A DNA stretch of 64,000 nucleotides, taken from contig CAVYXJ010000007.1 of the NCBI GenBank assembly GCA_963772455.1, forward strand, positions 160,001 through 224,000. The letters are read 5' to 3'. A program made the position numbers and the translations under genes. The stretch comes from Candidatus Bathyarchaeota archaeon (GTDB lineage Archaea; Thermoproteota; Bathyarchaeia; Bathyarchaeales; Bathycorpusculaceae). Under the pieces are notes generated by a model, which ran no database searches, had not been told where the DNA came from, and was given only the letters and a program-made list of their open reading frames with translations. Numbering within the stretch: position 1 is the first letter of the stretch; each line of letters begins with the position of its first letter. This document shows, piece after piece, positions 20,682-30,734 of the stretch.

Positions 20682-20966
20682 ATTATTAATGTTGAGGCAA
20701 GAAACTCGAAATATACCGCAAAATTAGGGGCGCAACATGCTTTCTAGCCACATCCCATCCACACCAACATGAGATAACATCGAATTCCATTCAAGAATTC
20801 AACTTCCACCATCCCAACAGCAACTGGAAAACAACCCAAACCAAAAAAGCAAAAACCCCCTCAACCAAAGATGGGATGGTAACACATCCAAACCAACCAT
20901 CCCCACAAAGAAAGAAAACAGAAATAGGACTAGCTTGCGATTGTTTTTTAGGAAGCAAATTTAAAT

Positions 20967-22580
20967 TTAGGACTTTTCCTGGAGCAGTCGCTTCAAGACT
21001 TTACCCGCTGCGCTGAGGGGTAGTTCTTTTCTGAATTCGACTTCTCGTATTGCTTTGTAGGAAGCTACTTTGCCGTTGACGAAAGACATAATTTCTTCCC
21101 CCGAGGCGACCATGCCTTCTTTGAGCACTATGAAAGCCTTTGGAACCTCACCTGCCAAAACGTCAGATTTGCCCACAACCGCGGAGAGCTTCACCAATGG
21201 ATGCTCATCGAGAACCGCTTCTAGTTCTCGCGGGTAAACGCTGTAATCCTTGGTTTTGATAAGGTCTTTTTTGCGGTCAGTAATGTAGAAGTAGCCGTCA
21301 GCGTCCATGCAGGCGATGTCTCCTGTCAAAAGCCACCCGCCACGAAGCACCAAGGCGGTTTCTTGGGGCTTATGCCAATATCCTTTCATGATTTGTGGTC
21401 CTTTCACTGCCAATTCTCCCCTCTCGCCTTGACCAAGGGTTTTTTCACCTGTCTCAGCATCAACAATTTTGGCTTCCGTATCTGGCATCGGCAAACCGAT
21501 GGAGCCAACCTTCACCGTCCGCATAGACCTATCAACTGGGCTGCAATGTGTAACTGGCGATGCCTCAGTTAACCCGTAGCCTTCAGCTAAAAGCCCACCT
21601 GTGACCTGCATGAACTGCTTTTGAACCTTTGGCGGCAAAGAAGATGCACCTGATATGCAAACTCGGATTGAAGTTAAATCGTATTTCCGAAGTTCAGAAC
21701 TGGCAAGAAGCGCTTGATACATGGTTGGGACCCCGCAGAAAACTGTGACTTTGTACTTTTGAATTGCTTGCAGGACTTTGGCTGGCTCAAACCTTGGCAA
21801 CAACACCATTTTGGCGGCTAGGCTGATGGGCACTGTCATACTGGTTGTCATGCCGTAGATATGGAAAAGAGGCAAGGCAGTTAGGAACGTTTCTCTGGCT
21901 TCTGTGCCACGTATCCATATGGCAAAAGCAAGGGCGTTTGAGAGCAGGTTGCTGTGTGTCAGCATCGCACCTTTAGCAGTTCCTGTGGTGCCACCCGTGT
22001 ACTGTAACGCAGCTAAATCTTCATGCGGGTTAACCTTAACTTTTGGAGGTGTTATTGGGCTGTTTTCAAGTAAATTGTCGTAAATCAAGGCGTTTGGAAA
22101 TCTCGAAGATTGGACTTTTTCGGTTAACCCGGTAATTATTACTTGTTTAACCAGTGTTTTTTCCCTAACTTTCTCTACAATCGGATAAAGCGAATCCAGC
22201 ACTACCATGGTTTCGGCGCCAGAATCTACCAGTTGATACAATACTTCTCGTTCCCGATGCAGCGGGCTAATCGCAGTTACAACCGCGCCTGTTTTAAGAG
22301 CCCCAAAATAAGCGATGATAAATTGAGGGATATTTGGCAAAAAAACAGCCACCCTACCGCCCTTTTTCACTTCTAACTTGATTAGTACGTTGGCAAACTG
22401 GTTTGAGAGCGCTTCCAGTTGAGAGTAGCTTATTTCTTGTTCGCAATAGACTATAGCGGTTTTTTCTGGATAAGCCTCAGCGGTTTTTTTTAGGATTTCC
22501 TGCAAAGGAACCGTAGGATACTCCATTTGTTTGGGCACTCCAGCAGGCCAACATTTGAACCAAGCTGCATCATTTTTCAT
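20967..22580 (-). CDS. Long-chain fatty-acid-CoA ligase (FadD-like AMP-binding enzyme)
   Basis: YTGGTTGTAKG, EGYGLTEASP, TGD, C-terminal SAAGKVLK. Confidence 0.92.
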   Translation of the reverse strand: MKNDAAWFKCWPAGVPKQMEYPTVPLQEILKKTAEAYPEKTAIVYCEQEISYSQLEALSNQFANVLIKLEVKKGGRVAVFLPNIPQFIIAYFGALKTGAVVTAISPLHREREVLYQLVDSGAETMVVLDSLYPIVEKVREKTLVKQVIITGLTEKVQSSRFPNALIYDNLLENSPITPPKVKVNPHEDLAALQYTGGTTGTAKGAMLTHSNLLSNALAFAIWIRGTEARETFLTALPLFHIYGMTTSMTVPISLAAKMVLLPRFEPAKVLQAIQKYKVTVFCGVPTMYQALLASSELRKYDLTSIRVCISGASSLPPKVQKQFMQVTGGLLAEGYGLTEASPVTHCSPVDRSMRTVKVGSIGLPMPDTEAKIVDAETGEKTLGQGERGELAVKGPQIMKGYWHKPQETALVLRGGWLLTGDIACMDADGYFYITDRKKDLIKTKDYSVYPRELEAVLDEHPLVKLSAVVGKSDVLAGEVPKAFIVLKEGMVASGEEIMSFVNGKVASYKAIREVEFRKELPLSAAGKVLKRLLQEKS

Positions 22581-22792
22581 CGGGTTTTATCTCGGGTAAA
22601 CATTTGGTAATAGAGGTAAAAACTGTTGCGTCATTAAAGCTTTTTTCAGTTTCCGTTGAATAATAATCTTGTCAGATTATTGTCTGATAGAAGTAGCACT
22701 TGTAATCTTTCTGGAAGAGCACATGGTTTGTTTTCTGTCACTTTGTTTCAATGAACTTATGAAAAGGGTCATTTGTAGAAGCAAGAAGAAAT

Positions 22793-22901
22793 TGGTGCCG
22801 GGGACGGGATTCGAGCCCGCGACTTCTGGGCATAGGGCGATGGCCCCTTTTGCACTCCAGATTATGAGTCTGGCGCCCTAGCCAGGCTAGGCTACCCCGG
22901 C
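22793..22901 (-). tRNA. tRNA-Met(CAT), elongator type, CCA encoded, 31-nt intron at 22824-22854 (position 45/46)
   Basis: Acceptor GCCGGGG/CCCCGGC-ACCA; anticodon arm CCAGA-CTCATAA-TCTGG; removing the BHB-defined intron restores variable loop AGGTC; T arm GCGGG-CTCGAAT-CCCGT. Confidence 0.9.
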
Positions 22902-23286
22902 ACATTGCCTCTCGGTTTTATGCCGATGCCATTTTAGTTTATCTGCCTTCATTTAAACCTTAAGATTTCCCAACAAAATATCCAGATTGAGCAAAATAAG
23001 TTTCATCCCAAAATCAATGAAAGTCCTTGAAACCGCATACAAACTATTTATTTAAGAAATAAAAAAAACAATCTGCTTTGTTTGCCATGTTTAAAAATAA
23101 TTACTATGATAGGGTTATTCCTTATTTGTTTTAGAAAAAGTACATTTTGTGAACTATGTTATTCAACCGCTTTTCTTATGCTACGACTCTACCTTAAAGC
23201 TAATTATGATTCAAAGTTTAGAGGAAAGAGACCAAGAAAAACTCTTCTTTAAGCTATCGCACAAGAATACAGAAATCTTTGCAGTA

Positions 23287-23400
23287 TCAGCTTACGTATT
23301 CTTTTCGTTTGTTTTGAGTTTGTTTCGAATTTGCTACTAAGGCAGCTTCGAACATTATTTCATCGACATTGTCGAAGGTTTGTTTTACGGCAAGGTTCAT
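23287..23400 (-). CDS. Putative 37-aa small protein
   Basis: MNLAVKQTFDNVDEIMFEAALVANSKQTQNKRKEYVS; TTTAAAA box about 30 nt upstream. Confidence 0.4.
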   Translation of the reverse strand: MNLAVKQTFDNVDEIMFEAALVANSKQTQNKRKEYVS

Positions 23401-23753
23401 TTGAGTCAAGCTTTAATTCACCAATGGATGTTTTAAACTAATTTTGACTGCAAATATTCAAATTCAAAAAATTCTCATAATTTCTGGAATGCTACTTTTA
23501 CTTTTCTCAAAATTGTTAATATACCTATGTGGTTTCGTGAGTACAACAACAAAATATCGGTTTATACCAATTATTCTGTAGAAAATATTTGTATGAATAC
23601 ATCAATATTGATAGTTTTAAGCAATTAAATGAATAACTATAGAGAAATATTTTTAAGAAAAAGTAATGTTTTCAAAATTCAATTTGTCGCAAAAATCCTT
23701 CGATGATGTTTGTTACAATAAATTTATTGGATTGAAGCCCCAATTATGGATGA

Positions 23754-24359
23754 GTGATTTGTTTGTCTTCAGATAATGACGATACTCCTGAATGGTTCAA
23801 GAAACGCCGAAGTACCTCTAAGGACCCTTTCAGCAACATAGATGATATGTTTCGCGAAATGGAGAAGATGATGGATGAAGAACTCAAAAGTTTCACCCAA
23901 AAAGTTCCCAAGGAATACGTTAAAGAACGCAAGTTACCAGACGGAAGCACCGTTAAGGAAATGGGACCTTTCGTCTACGGTTATAGCATGAAGATTGGCC
24001 CTGATGGTAAACCAGAAATCCAAGAGTTTGGAAACATCAAAAAAGGGCTCAAAGGTACCCCTCAAGTTAAGGAAGAACGAGAACCACTTGTGGACATAGT
24101 CGAAACTAATGATGACATTCATGTTGTAGCCGAGTTACCGGGTGTAGAAAAAACTGACATAAAACTTCATGGCACTGAAGATTCTCTGACAATTTCAGTA
24201 GATACACCCAATTACAAGTACTACAAAGAAGCTACCCTGCCCGTAGTAGTAAGAGTAAAAGAAGCAAAATCCAGCTACAAAAACGGTGTTTTAGAAGTCA
24301 TTATTCCAAAAGCCGAAGTTTCAAATAAACCGAAAGGTGAACCAATCGACATAAACTAA
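23754..24359 (+). CDS. hsp20: Archaeal small heat-shock protein Hsp20
   Basis: GPFVYGYSMKIGPDGKP..EFGN, EREPLVD, AELPGV, YKNGVLEV, C-terminal IDI. Confidence 0.93.
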   Translation: MICLSSDNDDTPEWFKKRRSTSKDPFSNIDDMFREMEKMMDEELKSFTQKVPKEYVKERKLPDGSTVKEMGPFVYGYSMKIGPDGKPEIQEFGNIKKGLKGTPQVKEEREPLVDIVETNDDIHVVAELPGVEKTDIKLHGTEDSLTISVDTPNYKYYKEATLPVVVRVKEAKSSYKNGVLEVIIPKAEVSNKPKGEPIDIN

Positions 24360-24408
24360 AAACCTAAACACCCACCTTAAAATTAATCCTTGAGCAGTTA
24401 ATGTAACA

Positions 24409-24861
24409 ATGAACGATACCTCAGAAAACGACACGATAAACACCATTTGTAAAGAAGCAAAAACAGCGGGCAAACTATCAGGTAACAACCTAACAGAGCT
24501 CTACGAGCTCTTTGGATCAAGATTCACCAAAGCACTAGATACCCTAAAAGAAGGAAGAGTAAAAAAATATGTTTTTAAACCAAGTGGCAGAACCGTTTGG
24601 ATTGTGGTCGGCAGAGAACGGGATTACTTGATTCTACCCGAAGCAGAATTTTGCCCCTGCGAAGACTTTTACTTTCGGGTATTAGACAAAAAAGTCCACA
24701 TGTGCTACCATTTGTTAACGCAGAAAATAGCCCAAAACTTGGGCTGGTTTAACCCTATTGAGGAAAATGACGAATGCTTTGAAATGTTGATGAAGGATTG
24801 GAAAAAAGCTGACGCCAAAACAACGTTTAATTCTGAAAAGAATTGCGATCACGATTACTGA
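24409..24861 (+). CDS. SWIM zinc-finger protein
   Basis: WIVVG..RDY..FCPCEDF...CYH (CxC..CxH). Confidence 0.75.
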   Translation: MNDTSENDTINTICKEAKTAGKLSGNNLTELYELFGSRFTKALDTLKEGRVKKYVFKPSGRTVWIVVGRERDYLILPEAEFCPCEDFYFRVLDKKVHMCYHLLTQKIAQNLGWFNPIEENDECFEMLMKDWKKADAKTTFNSEKNCDHDY

Positions 24862-25047
24862 CAATTTAAAATTATGTTATAAATGTTTTTTTGCAAATTG
24901 CATAAATTTTTTAAGGTCAATGTTTCGTTAGCCATTGTTGAATAATGCTTGCAAAAAAGAAGGCTGAATAATAGTTAGCCATTTCATCTTTAGATTTAAA
25001 TATGAAGACGCTACAACAATAGGTAAATACACAAGGAGAACCTCACG

Positions 25048-25170
25048 ATGGAAACAGGCGCATACTTCGTAACACTCCAATATGTCCTGATGGGCTCAGT
25101 ATTTATTGCTCTATTACTCGTCTTCCTGTATGCTTATTATGGAAAGGATGATGAGAAAACAAAAGATTAA
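25048..25170 (+). CDS. Putative 40-aa single-TM small protein
   Basis: METGAYFVTLQYVLMGSVFIALLLVFLYAYYGKDDEKTKD; AGGAG RBS and TTTAAATA box upstream. Confidence 0.65.
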   Translation: METGAYFVTLQYVLMGSVFIALLLVFLYAYYGKDDEKTKD

Positions 25171-25183
25171 CTTTTTTTAAAAA

Positions 25184-25474
25184 CTATTTTCGTCTCGATC
25201 GCTTATTCAAAATTATAAACAAGGCTAAACTTGCAACAGTTAGAATTAAGCTAATTGCAATTAGCCAACCTGCATCAGGTCCCGAACCGAAAACAATCGG
25301 AATTGGACCAATCAAAATTATACCTCCAACACTTCCTGACCCACTTAAAACAATGGAAGCAACCACCAAAACTACTATCCCGACAAAAACCAAAACTATT
25401 CCTAAAAGCAAAAAACCAAGCAATCGACCTGAAATATTGATTCCGTAATCTTGAAATTCTTCATCACTCGACAT
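25184..25474 (-). CDS. DUF131/TIGR00304 membrane protein
   Basis: GGIILIGPIPIVFGS signature. Confidence 0.85.
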   Translation of the reverse strand: MSSDEEFQDYGINISGRLLGFLLLGIVLVFVGIVVLVVASIVLSGSGSVGGIILIGPIPIVFGSGPDAGWLIAISLILTVASLALFIILNKRSRRK

Positions 25475-25478
25475 AGCT

Positions 25479-25739
25479 TTAACTCAACAACCAATAGTAT
25501 AGAACAGTAATAATTAAAACTACAATCGTAAGAGATAAGGTAAGAGCTAACACAGATTTAACGGATTTTTTATCTGTGCCAAAAATTATCGGGATAGGAC
25601 CAATCATGATCACACCCGCGCCACGAACCTTGCTCTTTTTGGAACTACCTAAGGAGGAAAGAATAATCGCGGTCACAATAACTATGACTCCAACAATGAC
25701 TATTGCTATTCCGATTACATAAAAAATCGCAGATTCCAT
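25479..25739 (-). CDS. DUF131/TIGR00304 membrane protein (tandem paralog)
   Basis: GVIMIGPIPIIFGTD signature. Confidence 0.85.
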   Translation of the reverse strand: MESAIFYVIGIAIVIVGVIVIVTAIILSSLGSSKKSKVRGAGVIMIGPIPIIFGTDKKSVKSVLALTLSLTIVVLIITVLYYWLLS

Positions 25740-25860
25740 CGAGTTGCCTCCAACAAGCCCAACCTAAGAGGAAACACCGTTTTTAATAAACACAGACGGG
25801 CAATCCTTAGAAATGCAAAAAATTAAAAGCCCCCATACTTCTTTATCGTGTCAGCTCAAA

Positions 25861-27017
25861 ATGACAACCCAAGACATAATTCAAGAGATTCTTCAGAAAA
25901 ACCCGCTAATCACCCATGAGCAAATCGTAGAAAAACTGAATGCTGAAAAAGTCAGAACAGGCGGCTTACTTGGTGAAGAAACATTGTTGCGGTTGATTGC
26001 CGCTAAATTCGGCGTTCAAGTACAGCAAAACACTATTCAAAACAGCGGAATCTTATCAACAAACCGTTTGTTTGCAGGCTTATATGATGTTACGGTCGCA
26101 GGTCGATTAATTGCCGTATTCCCTGCCAAAACCTTTCAGGGCGCTGAAAAATCAGGCAAACTCGCAACAATAATGCTTGCTGACAAAGAGGGACTTATAC
26201 GAGTAGTTCTATGGAATGAAAAAGCAGAGTTGGTTGAGAGAGGCGAACTTAAAGCTGGGCAAACTGTGAGGCTGGTTCATGGGTACACTAAGCAAGATAA
26301 GTTTGGCAAAACCGAACTGCATCTTGGAGCGAAAAGCCAAATCGAATTTGAACCCATGGCAAAAGAAGAAATTCTCACAATTGAAAATTTCACAACAAAA
26401 ATCAACACATTAAATATCAATTCAGGCAACGTTCACCTTTCAGGAGAAGTGAAAGAAGTTTTAGGCGAAAGCACTTTCATTCGAAGTGACACAAGCGTAG
26501 GTACAGTTACACGCCTATCTCTAATCGATGATTCAGGTTTGGTAAATGTGGTTTTTTGGAACGAGAAGGCAACTGAATTGGGAAGCGCGCTTAAAGCAAA
26601 CGCACGTTTACTATTGGTTAATGCAAAAGTGAAAGAGGGCCAAAACGGCAGCATAGAAGTGCACGTTGACTCAAACACGTTCATCGATGTTCAAACCGCC
26701 AAAGTGAAGTATACCCAAATTGCTGGTTTAACTGAAGATCAAATAGTAAACTTTGAAGGAATTGTATGCGAAGTGCGTGAAAACAGAGAAGTTACAACAT
26801 CCAAAGGCGAAACGATCAAACTCTCAGTTTTTGACTTAAAAGATGACCACGGCATTGTTCGTGTTTCAGCTTGGAGGGAGCACTGCGGAAACCTTCAAGG
26901 ACTTAAAAATCGGTGATAAAGTTGTTTTGCAAAATATTTACGTGAAGAAAGGGATTTGGTGGTAAAATAGAATTATCCACCCGAAATGCAACAGTAGCAT
27001 CTGTTGTTAAAGTTTGA
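25861..27017 (+). CDS. rpa: Replication protein A / multi-OB-fold ssDNA-binding protein (two +1 frameshifts near 26884 and 26951)
   Basis: Three OB folds with D.G.IRVVLW-type motifs; the frame-corrected tail reads ..DLKIGDKVVLQNIYVKKGFGGKIELSTR.. Confidence 0.8.
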
Positions 27018-27190
27018 GATGGACTACAATGCTTTTGATATTTCGCTTGTAGCTGCAATACCGCTCAAGTCTGTTGTACTGACTTTAGCTTCTTTTGACA
27101 CATCGATCAATGGTTTCGATTTTTCCTACAGTTTTTTCATCGAACTAATCACATATCATTGTATCTGGCTCTATATGAAAAAAGTTTGAG

Positions 27191-27721
27191 CTAAATCTTG
27201 TATTCCTGATCTACATACAGTTGCTTCAAATTTCGATATTTCTTGAATTCATCATCTTTATTTTCGTAGCGCCTCATTGTTGCAGCATTGGTTTTCACGC
27301 GTTCAAAACGTTTTTGACAATTACTTCGCTCTTGAAGCATAATAACATCACGAGGCTTGCTAAAACATTCTGTTTTACCATCTTCACGTTTACGTTCGAT
27401 CTTTATGCAGTCGTTCACCATGCAATTAAGTACGCAAGCACCGCAGTAAACACACAAATCCTCAGTTATTCCAACTTTTCCATTACCCCAATACAACGCG
27501 TTTGTAGGACATGCTTTAATGCATAGTTTACATTGTCCCCCAACGCATGTGAACTCGTTGATCTTAATTTTACCTTCTTTAAAGAGTTCTTTAACGCCTG
27601 TAGGTTCAAGAAGTTCTTTTCGCAGCCGTTGCTTTTCCGCTTCTTCGTCAACCTGTTCGCTGTTTTCTTCATCCATCAGTTCGTATGTCGAAGGCGTTTT
27701 AGATGGCATATCAGGAATCAC
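27191..27721 (-). CDS. 4Fe-4S dicluster protein
   Basis: CVGGQCKLCIKACP and CVYCGACVLNC. Confidence 0.8.
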   Translation of the reverse strand: MIPDMPSKTPSTYELMDEENSEQVDEEAEKQRLRKELLEPTGVKELFKEGKIKINEFTCVGGQCKLCIKACPTNALYWGNGKVGITEDLCVYCGACVLNCMVNDCIKIERKREDGKTECFSKPRDVIMLQERSNCQKRFERVKTNAATMRRYENKDDEFKKYRNLKQLYVDQEYKI

Positions 27722-27753
27722 GATTAAGTTAGGTTTGCTTCAAAATAGGCTTT

Positions 27754-29325
27754 ATGAATTATAATACTTATCTTACCGTTTCTTCGATTTATGCCAATCA
27801 GGTTTATAAAATTCATTTTTTTATTAAAGAAAGCTATCGTCTTGAAAGAGGCATTTTCCTGAGTCAACCTCAATCATTAAGCAAACCAGTTTCCCATTCA
27901 ATAAAACACAGTCGAATAATACTGGCAATCATAGTACTTGGAACACTAATGGGCGCATTAGACAGCACTATTGTGTTGTTAGCTTTCCCAGTCATTAATG
28001 ACAGCCTTCATTCAGACTTCGTCATTACAATATGGATAATCCTCGCTTATTTGCTCGTACTTGCTGTTGCAACAACTCAGATGGGTAGAATTGGCGACAT
28101 CTATGGCAGAAGCAAAATTTTTAACATGGGCTTTATAATCTTCACCCTCGGCTCTGCGTTATGCGGTTTCTCAACCAACATTTATCTCTTAATCACTTTC
28201 AGGATTGTTCAAGCCATAGGCGGAGCAATTTTACAAGCCACAAGTGGGGCTATAATCGCGGATGTTTTTCCAAAAGAAGTGCGCGGCAAAGCTTACGGTT
28301 ACAATTCGCTCGGTTATACAAGCGGCGCTATGATAGGCATTGTTTTAGGCGGAATCCTTACTACTTTTGTCAATTGGCAATTCATTTTCTTCCTCAACAT
28401 CCCAATAGGAGTAGTCGCTGTCATCATCGGTTTAAAGTATCTTAAAGACACCACAAAAAACCCTGCAAAAATGGACATTGGCGGTATGGCACTTTTAGCT
28501 TTGGCACTTGTAATTCTCTCATTGGGATTAATTGACTTTGCATCATTAGGTCTTAACTTAATTAACGGTATTTTGATTGTCGTTGGTACTTTACTTGTTC
28601 CATTGTTCATTTGGTACGACCGCAAGCAAGAGAGCCCAATGATTGATTTTGAAGCCTTCAAAAACAGGATCCTGAGAAACTCAATCTTCTCAGCGTTCTT
28701 AGTAAGCCTTGGATACTTCTCAGTCGTTTTCTTAGTCATCATGTATTTGCAGGGTATAAGAGGGCTATCACCTCTTGACGCTTCCTTATTGCTGGTGCCA
28801 GGATACGTTGCAGGAAGTTTTCTGGGACCAATAATGGGCAGGCTCTCGGACAAGTACGGTTCACGAGAACTAGCAACCATAGGCATATTCATCATAGCCG
28901 TCGCCATATCGATTTATTTGACCATGAGCGTTGACTCCTCACTCTACATTGTCCTTGTAGCTTCAGCAATAACAGGTTTAGGAACCTCCATGTTCTTCCC
29001 CGCCAACAACAGCGCGGTCATGGCGAATGCGAGAACAGGTTCATACGGCAGCATATCAGGCGTCCTAAGAACAGTACAGAACATAGGCATATTGGGCAGT
29101 TTTGTACTTGCAATTTCCGTTGCATCCGCTTCAGTTCCAAGAGAAGTTGCTTTCCAAGTGTTTATTGGAACAAACCAACTCAGCGGCGGAGTTAGCCAAG
29201 CGTTCTTAGTAGGGATCCACAACGCCCTCTACGTTTCGATAGTCATTCTTGTTTTTGCATCAGTGTTGTCGTTTATCCGAGGAAAAGAATTAAGAAAAGA
29301 AAAAGCGATCAAACCTAAAGCCTAA
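27754..29325 (+). CDS. MFS drug/H+ antiporter (DHA2/EmrB-QacA-like, 14 TM); true start probably about 100 nt downstream
   Basis: LDSTIV, GRIGDIYGR motif A, WQFIFFLNIPIG. Confidence 0.9.
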   Translation: MNYNTYLTVSSIYANQVYKIHFFIKESYRLERGIFLSQPQSLSKPVSHSIKHSRIILAIIVLGTLMGALDSTIVLLAFPVINDSLHSDFVITIWIILAYLLVLAVATTQMGRIGDIYGRSKIFNMGFIIFTLGSALCGFSTNIYLLITFRIVQAIGGAILQATSGAIIADVFPKEVRGKAYGYNSLGYTSGAMIGIVLGGILTTFVNWQFIFFLNIPIGVVAVIIGLKYLKDTTKNPAKMDIGGMALLALALVILSLGLIDFASLGLNLINGILIVVGTLLVPLFIWYDRKQESPMIDFEAFKNRILRNSIFSAFLVSLGYFSVVFLVIMYLQGIRGLSPLDASLLLVPGYVAGSFLGPIMGRLSDKYGSRELATIGIFIIAVAISIYLTMSVDSSLYIVLVASAITGLGTSMFFPANNSAVMANARTGSYGSISGVLRTVQNIGILGSFVLAISVASASVPREVAFQVFIGTNQLSGGVSQAFLVGIHNALYVSIVILVFASVLSFIRGKELRKEKAIKPKA

Positions 29326-29373
29326 TACTGCCAACCGCCAAATAGTAATTGAGCTCTTGATGGGAGGATTGGC

Positions 29374-30328
29374 TTGGGCAAACTTAAATTCGGCGTATTC
29401 TTACCTTTCTACTCTTTCCAAACCAAAACCCCTAACGAATACTATGAGCAACTTAAAACTATTGTTTTGGAATGTGAACGTTTAGGTTATGATTCGGTTT
29501 GGCTTGATGATCACTTAATGTATAATAATTGGCCAATCTTTGAGCCTTGGATAACTCTCTCTGCACTCTCATTCGTTAACTAGCAAGATACGACTGGGAA
29601 CTATGGTTACATGCAATGCCCATAGAGAGCCAGCCCTACTCGCAAAAACCACCGCTACCCTTGATGTCCTTTCGAATGGGAGATTAGAATTCGGGGTTGG
29701 CGCAGGTTGCCAGAGAAGCTGAGCATTTGGCTTATGGTTATGATTTTCCTAAAGCAAACATCAGAATTGAAAACTTAGGTGAAGCTTTGGAAGTGATAAG
29801 GCAACTATGGACTCAAGAGAGATCAAACTACCAAGGAAAATATTACAGCCTCAAAGATGCGGTTTGTGAGCCAAAACCGTTGCAGAAACCGCATCCACCC
29901 ATAACCGTTGGCGGAGGAGGCGAGAAACTAACAATGAAAATTACAGCGAAGTATGCTGACAGGTTTGATTGGGGTTCTCTTGTCATCTGAAGATGATTAT
30001 AAGCGTAAAATTGAGTTGTTACAAGAACAATGTAAAGTCACTGGCAGAGACTTTGACGAGATTGAGCGTTCCTGCTGGCCTGGAGGGCAAGTGTTGATTG
30101 CTCAGAACCATAAGAGAATTAGAAGAAATGATTTCTCTTCGCAAACCTGCAAGTTTGCCTATGGATGAATTCAGGAAGGGCAATTTGTCTGGCACTCCAA
30201 ACGAATGTAGAAAGCAGTTGCAGGTTTATGTTGATTTAGGTGTGACTTATTTTATGCTGTACTTCGCAGATTTGCCAAGCACAGATGGGTTAAAGTTGTT
30301 TTCTGAAGAGGTCATCAAGAAAATATAG
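29374..30328 (+). CDS. LLM-class (probably F420-dependent) oxidoreductase, split by four +1 frameshifts
   Basis: GYDSVWLDDH, RLGTMV, LDVLSNGRLEFGVGAG, PKPLQKPHPPITVGGGGE across frames; true pseudogene not excluded. Confidence 0.8.
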
Positions 30329-30679
30329 TTAGAGATCTCCCCTCGAAATATGCGACAACTCATGAACAATGATTTCATCCAAGCTGTGATAAGGATTCTT
30401 CCTTACTAGAATAATATAGTCGGCATCGTCGGTTTCCTCACCGTTAAATACACATGCATCTGTGCCATGGGTTGAAAGAATCCGTCCCCACTCTTCTATT
30501 TCTCGAAAATCATCTTCGATGCATTGGCGGCGCTGTAGAACACGGTTAAAATCGTCATCGCTTAACCTTAGCGCTTTAACTTTTGGCATTGGCTTGCTAC
30601 TCAGCGTTTTCCATGCATCGGTAAGATGCCTTTTGGAAATGCGCTCGGCTTTCATCTCGATTCCTTCGACTAAACCCAA
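30329..30679 (-). CDS. Small hypothetical protein with C-terminal HExxH (minimal zincin-like)
   Basis: IIVHELSHI nine residues from the C-terminus region; start may be 30655. Confidence 0.55.
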   Translation of the reverse strand: MGLVEGIEMKAERISKRHLTDAWKTLSSKPMPKVKALRLSDDDFNRVLQRRQCIEDDFREIEEWGRILSTHGTDACVFNGEETDDADYIILVRKNPYHSLDEIIVHELSHISRGDL

Positions 30680-30706
30680 ATAAAAACCCCTTATTTTCAG
30701 TTTCGG

Positions 30707-30734
30707 AAAAAAGACTCGCCGCTCAAAGCAAGTC
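30707..30734 (-). terminator. Hairpin plus U6 between cimA and the HExxH gene
   Basis: Minus strand GACTTGC-TTTGAGCG-GCGAGTC-TTTTTT; the G-U pair works only on the minus strand. Confidence 0.5.

Noticed and set aside
22669-22881. 70-aa ORF
   Set aside because: Antisense shadow of the tRNA-Met gene
22902-23750. AT-rich spacer as a replication origin or integration site
   Set aside because: No ORB-like repeats, no cdc6/orc1 or integrase nearby, and no duplicated tRNA 3' end seen
27020-27160. Minus-strand MKKL-TAG-EKSKPLIDVSKE... as amber read-through
   Set aside because: Very short, no homology recognisable, and no pyl evidence in the window
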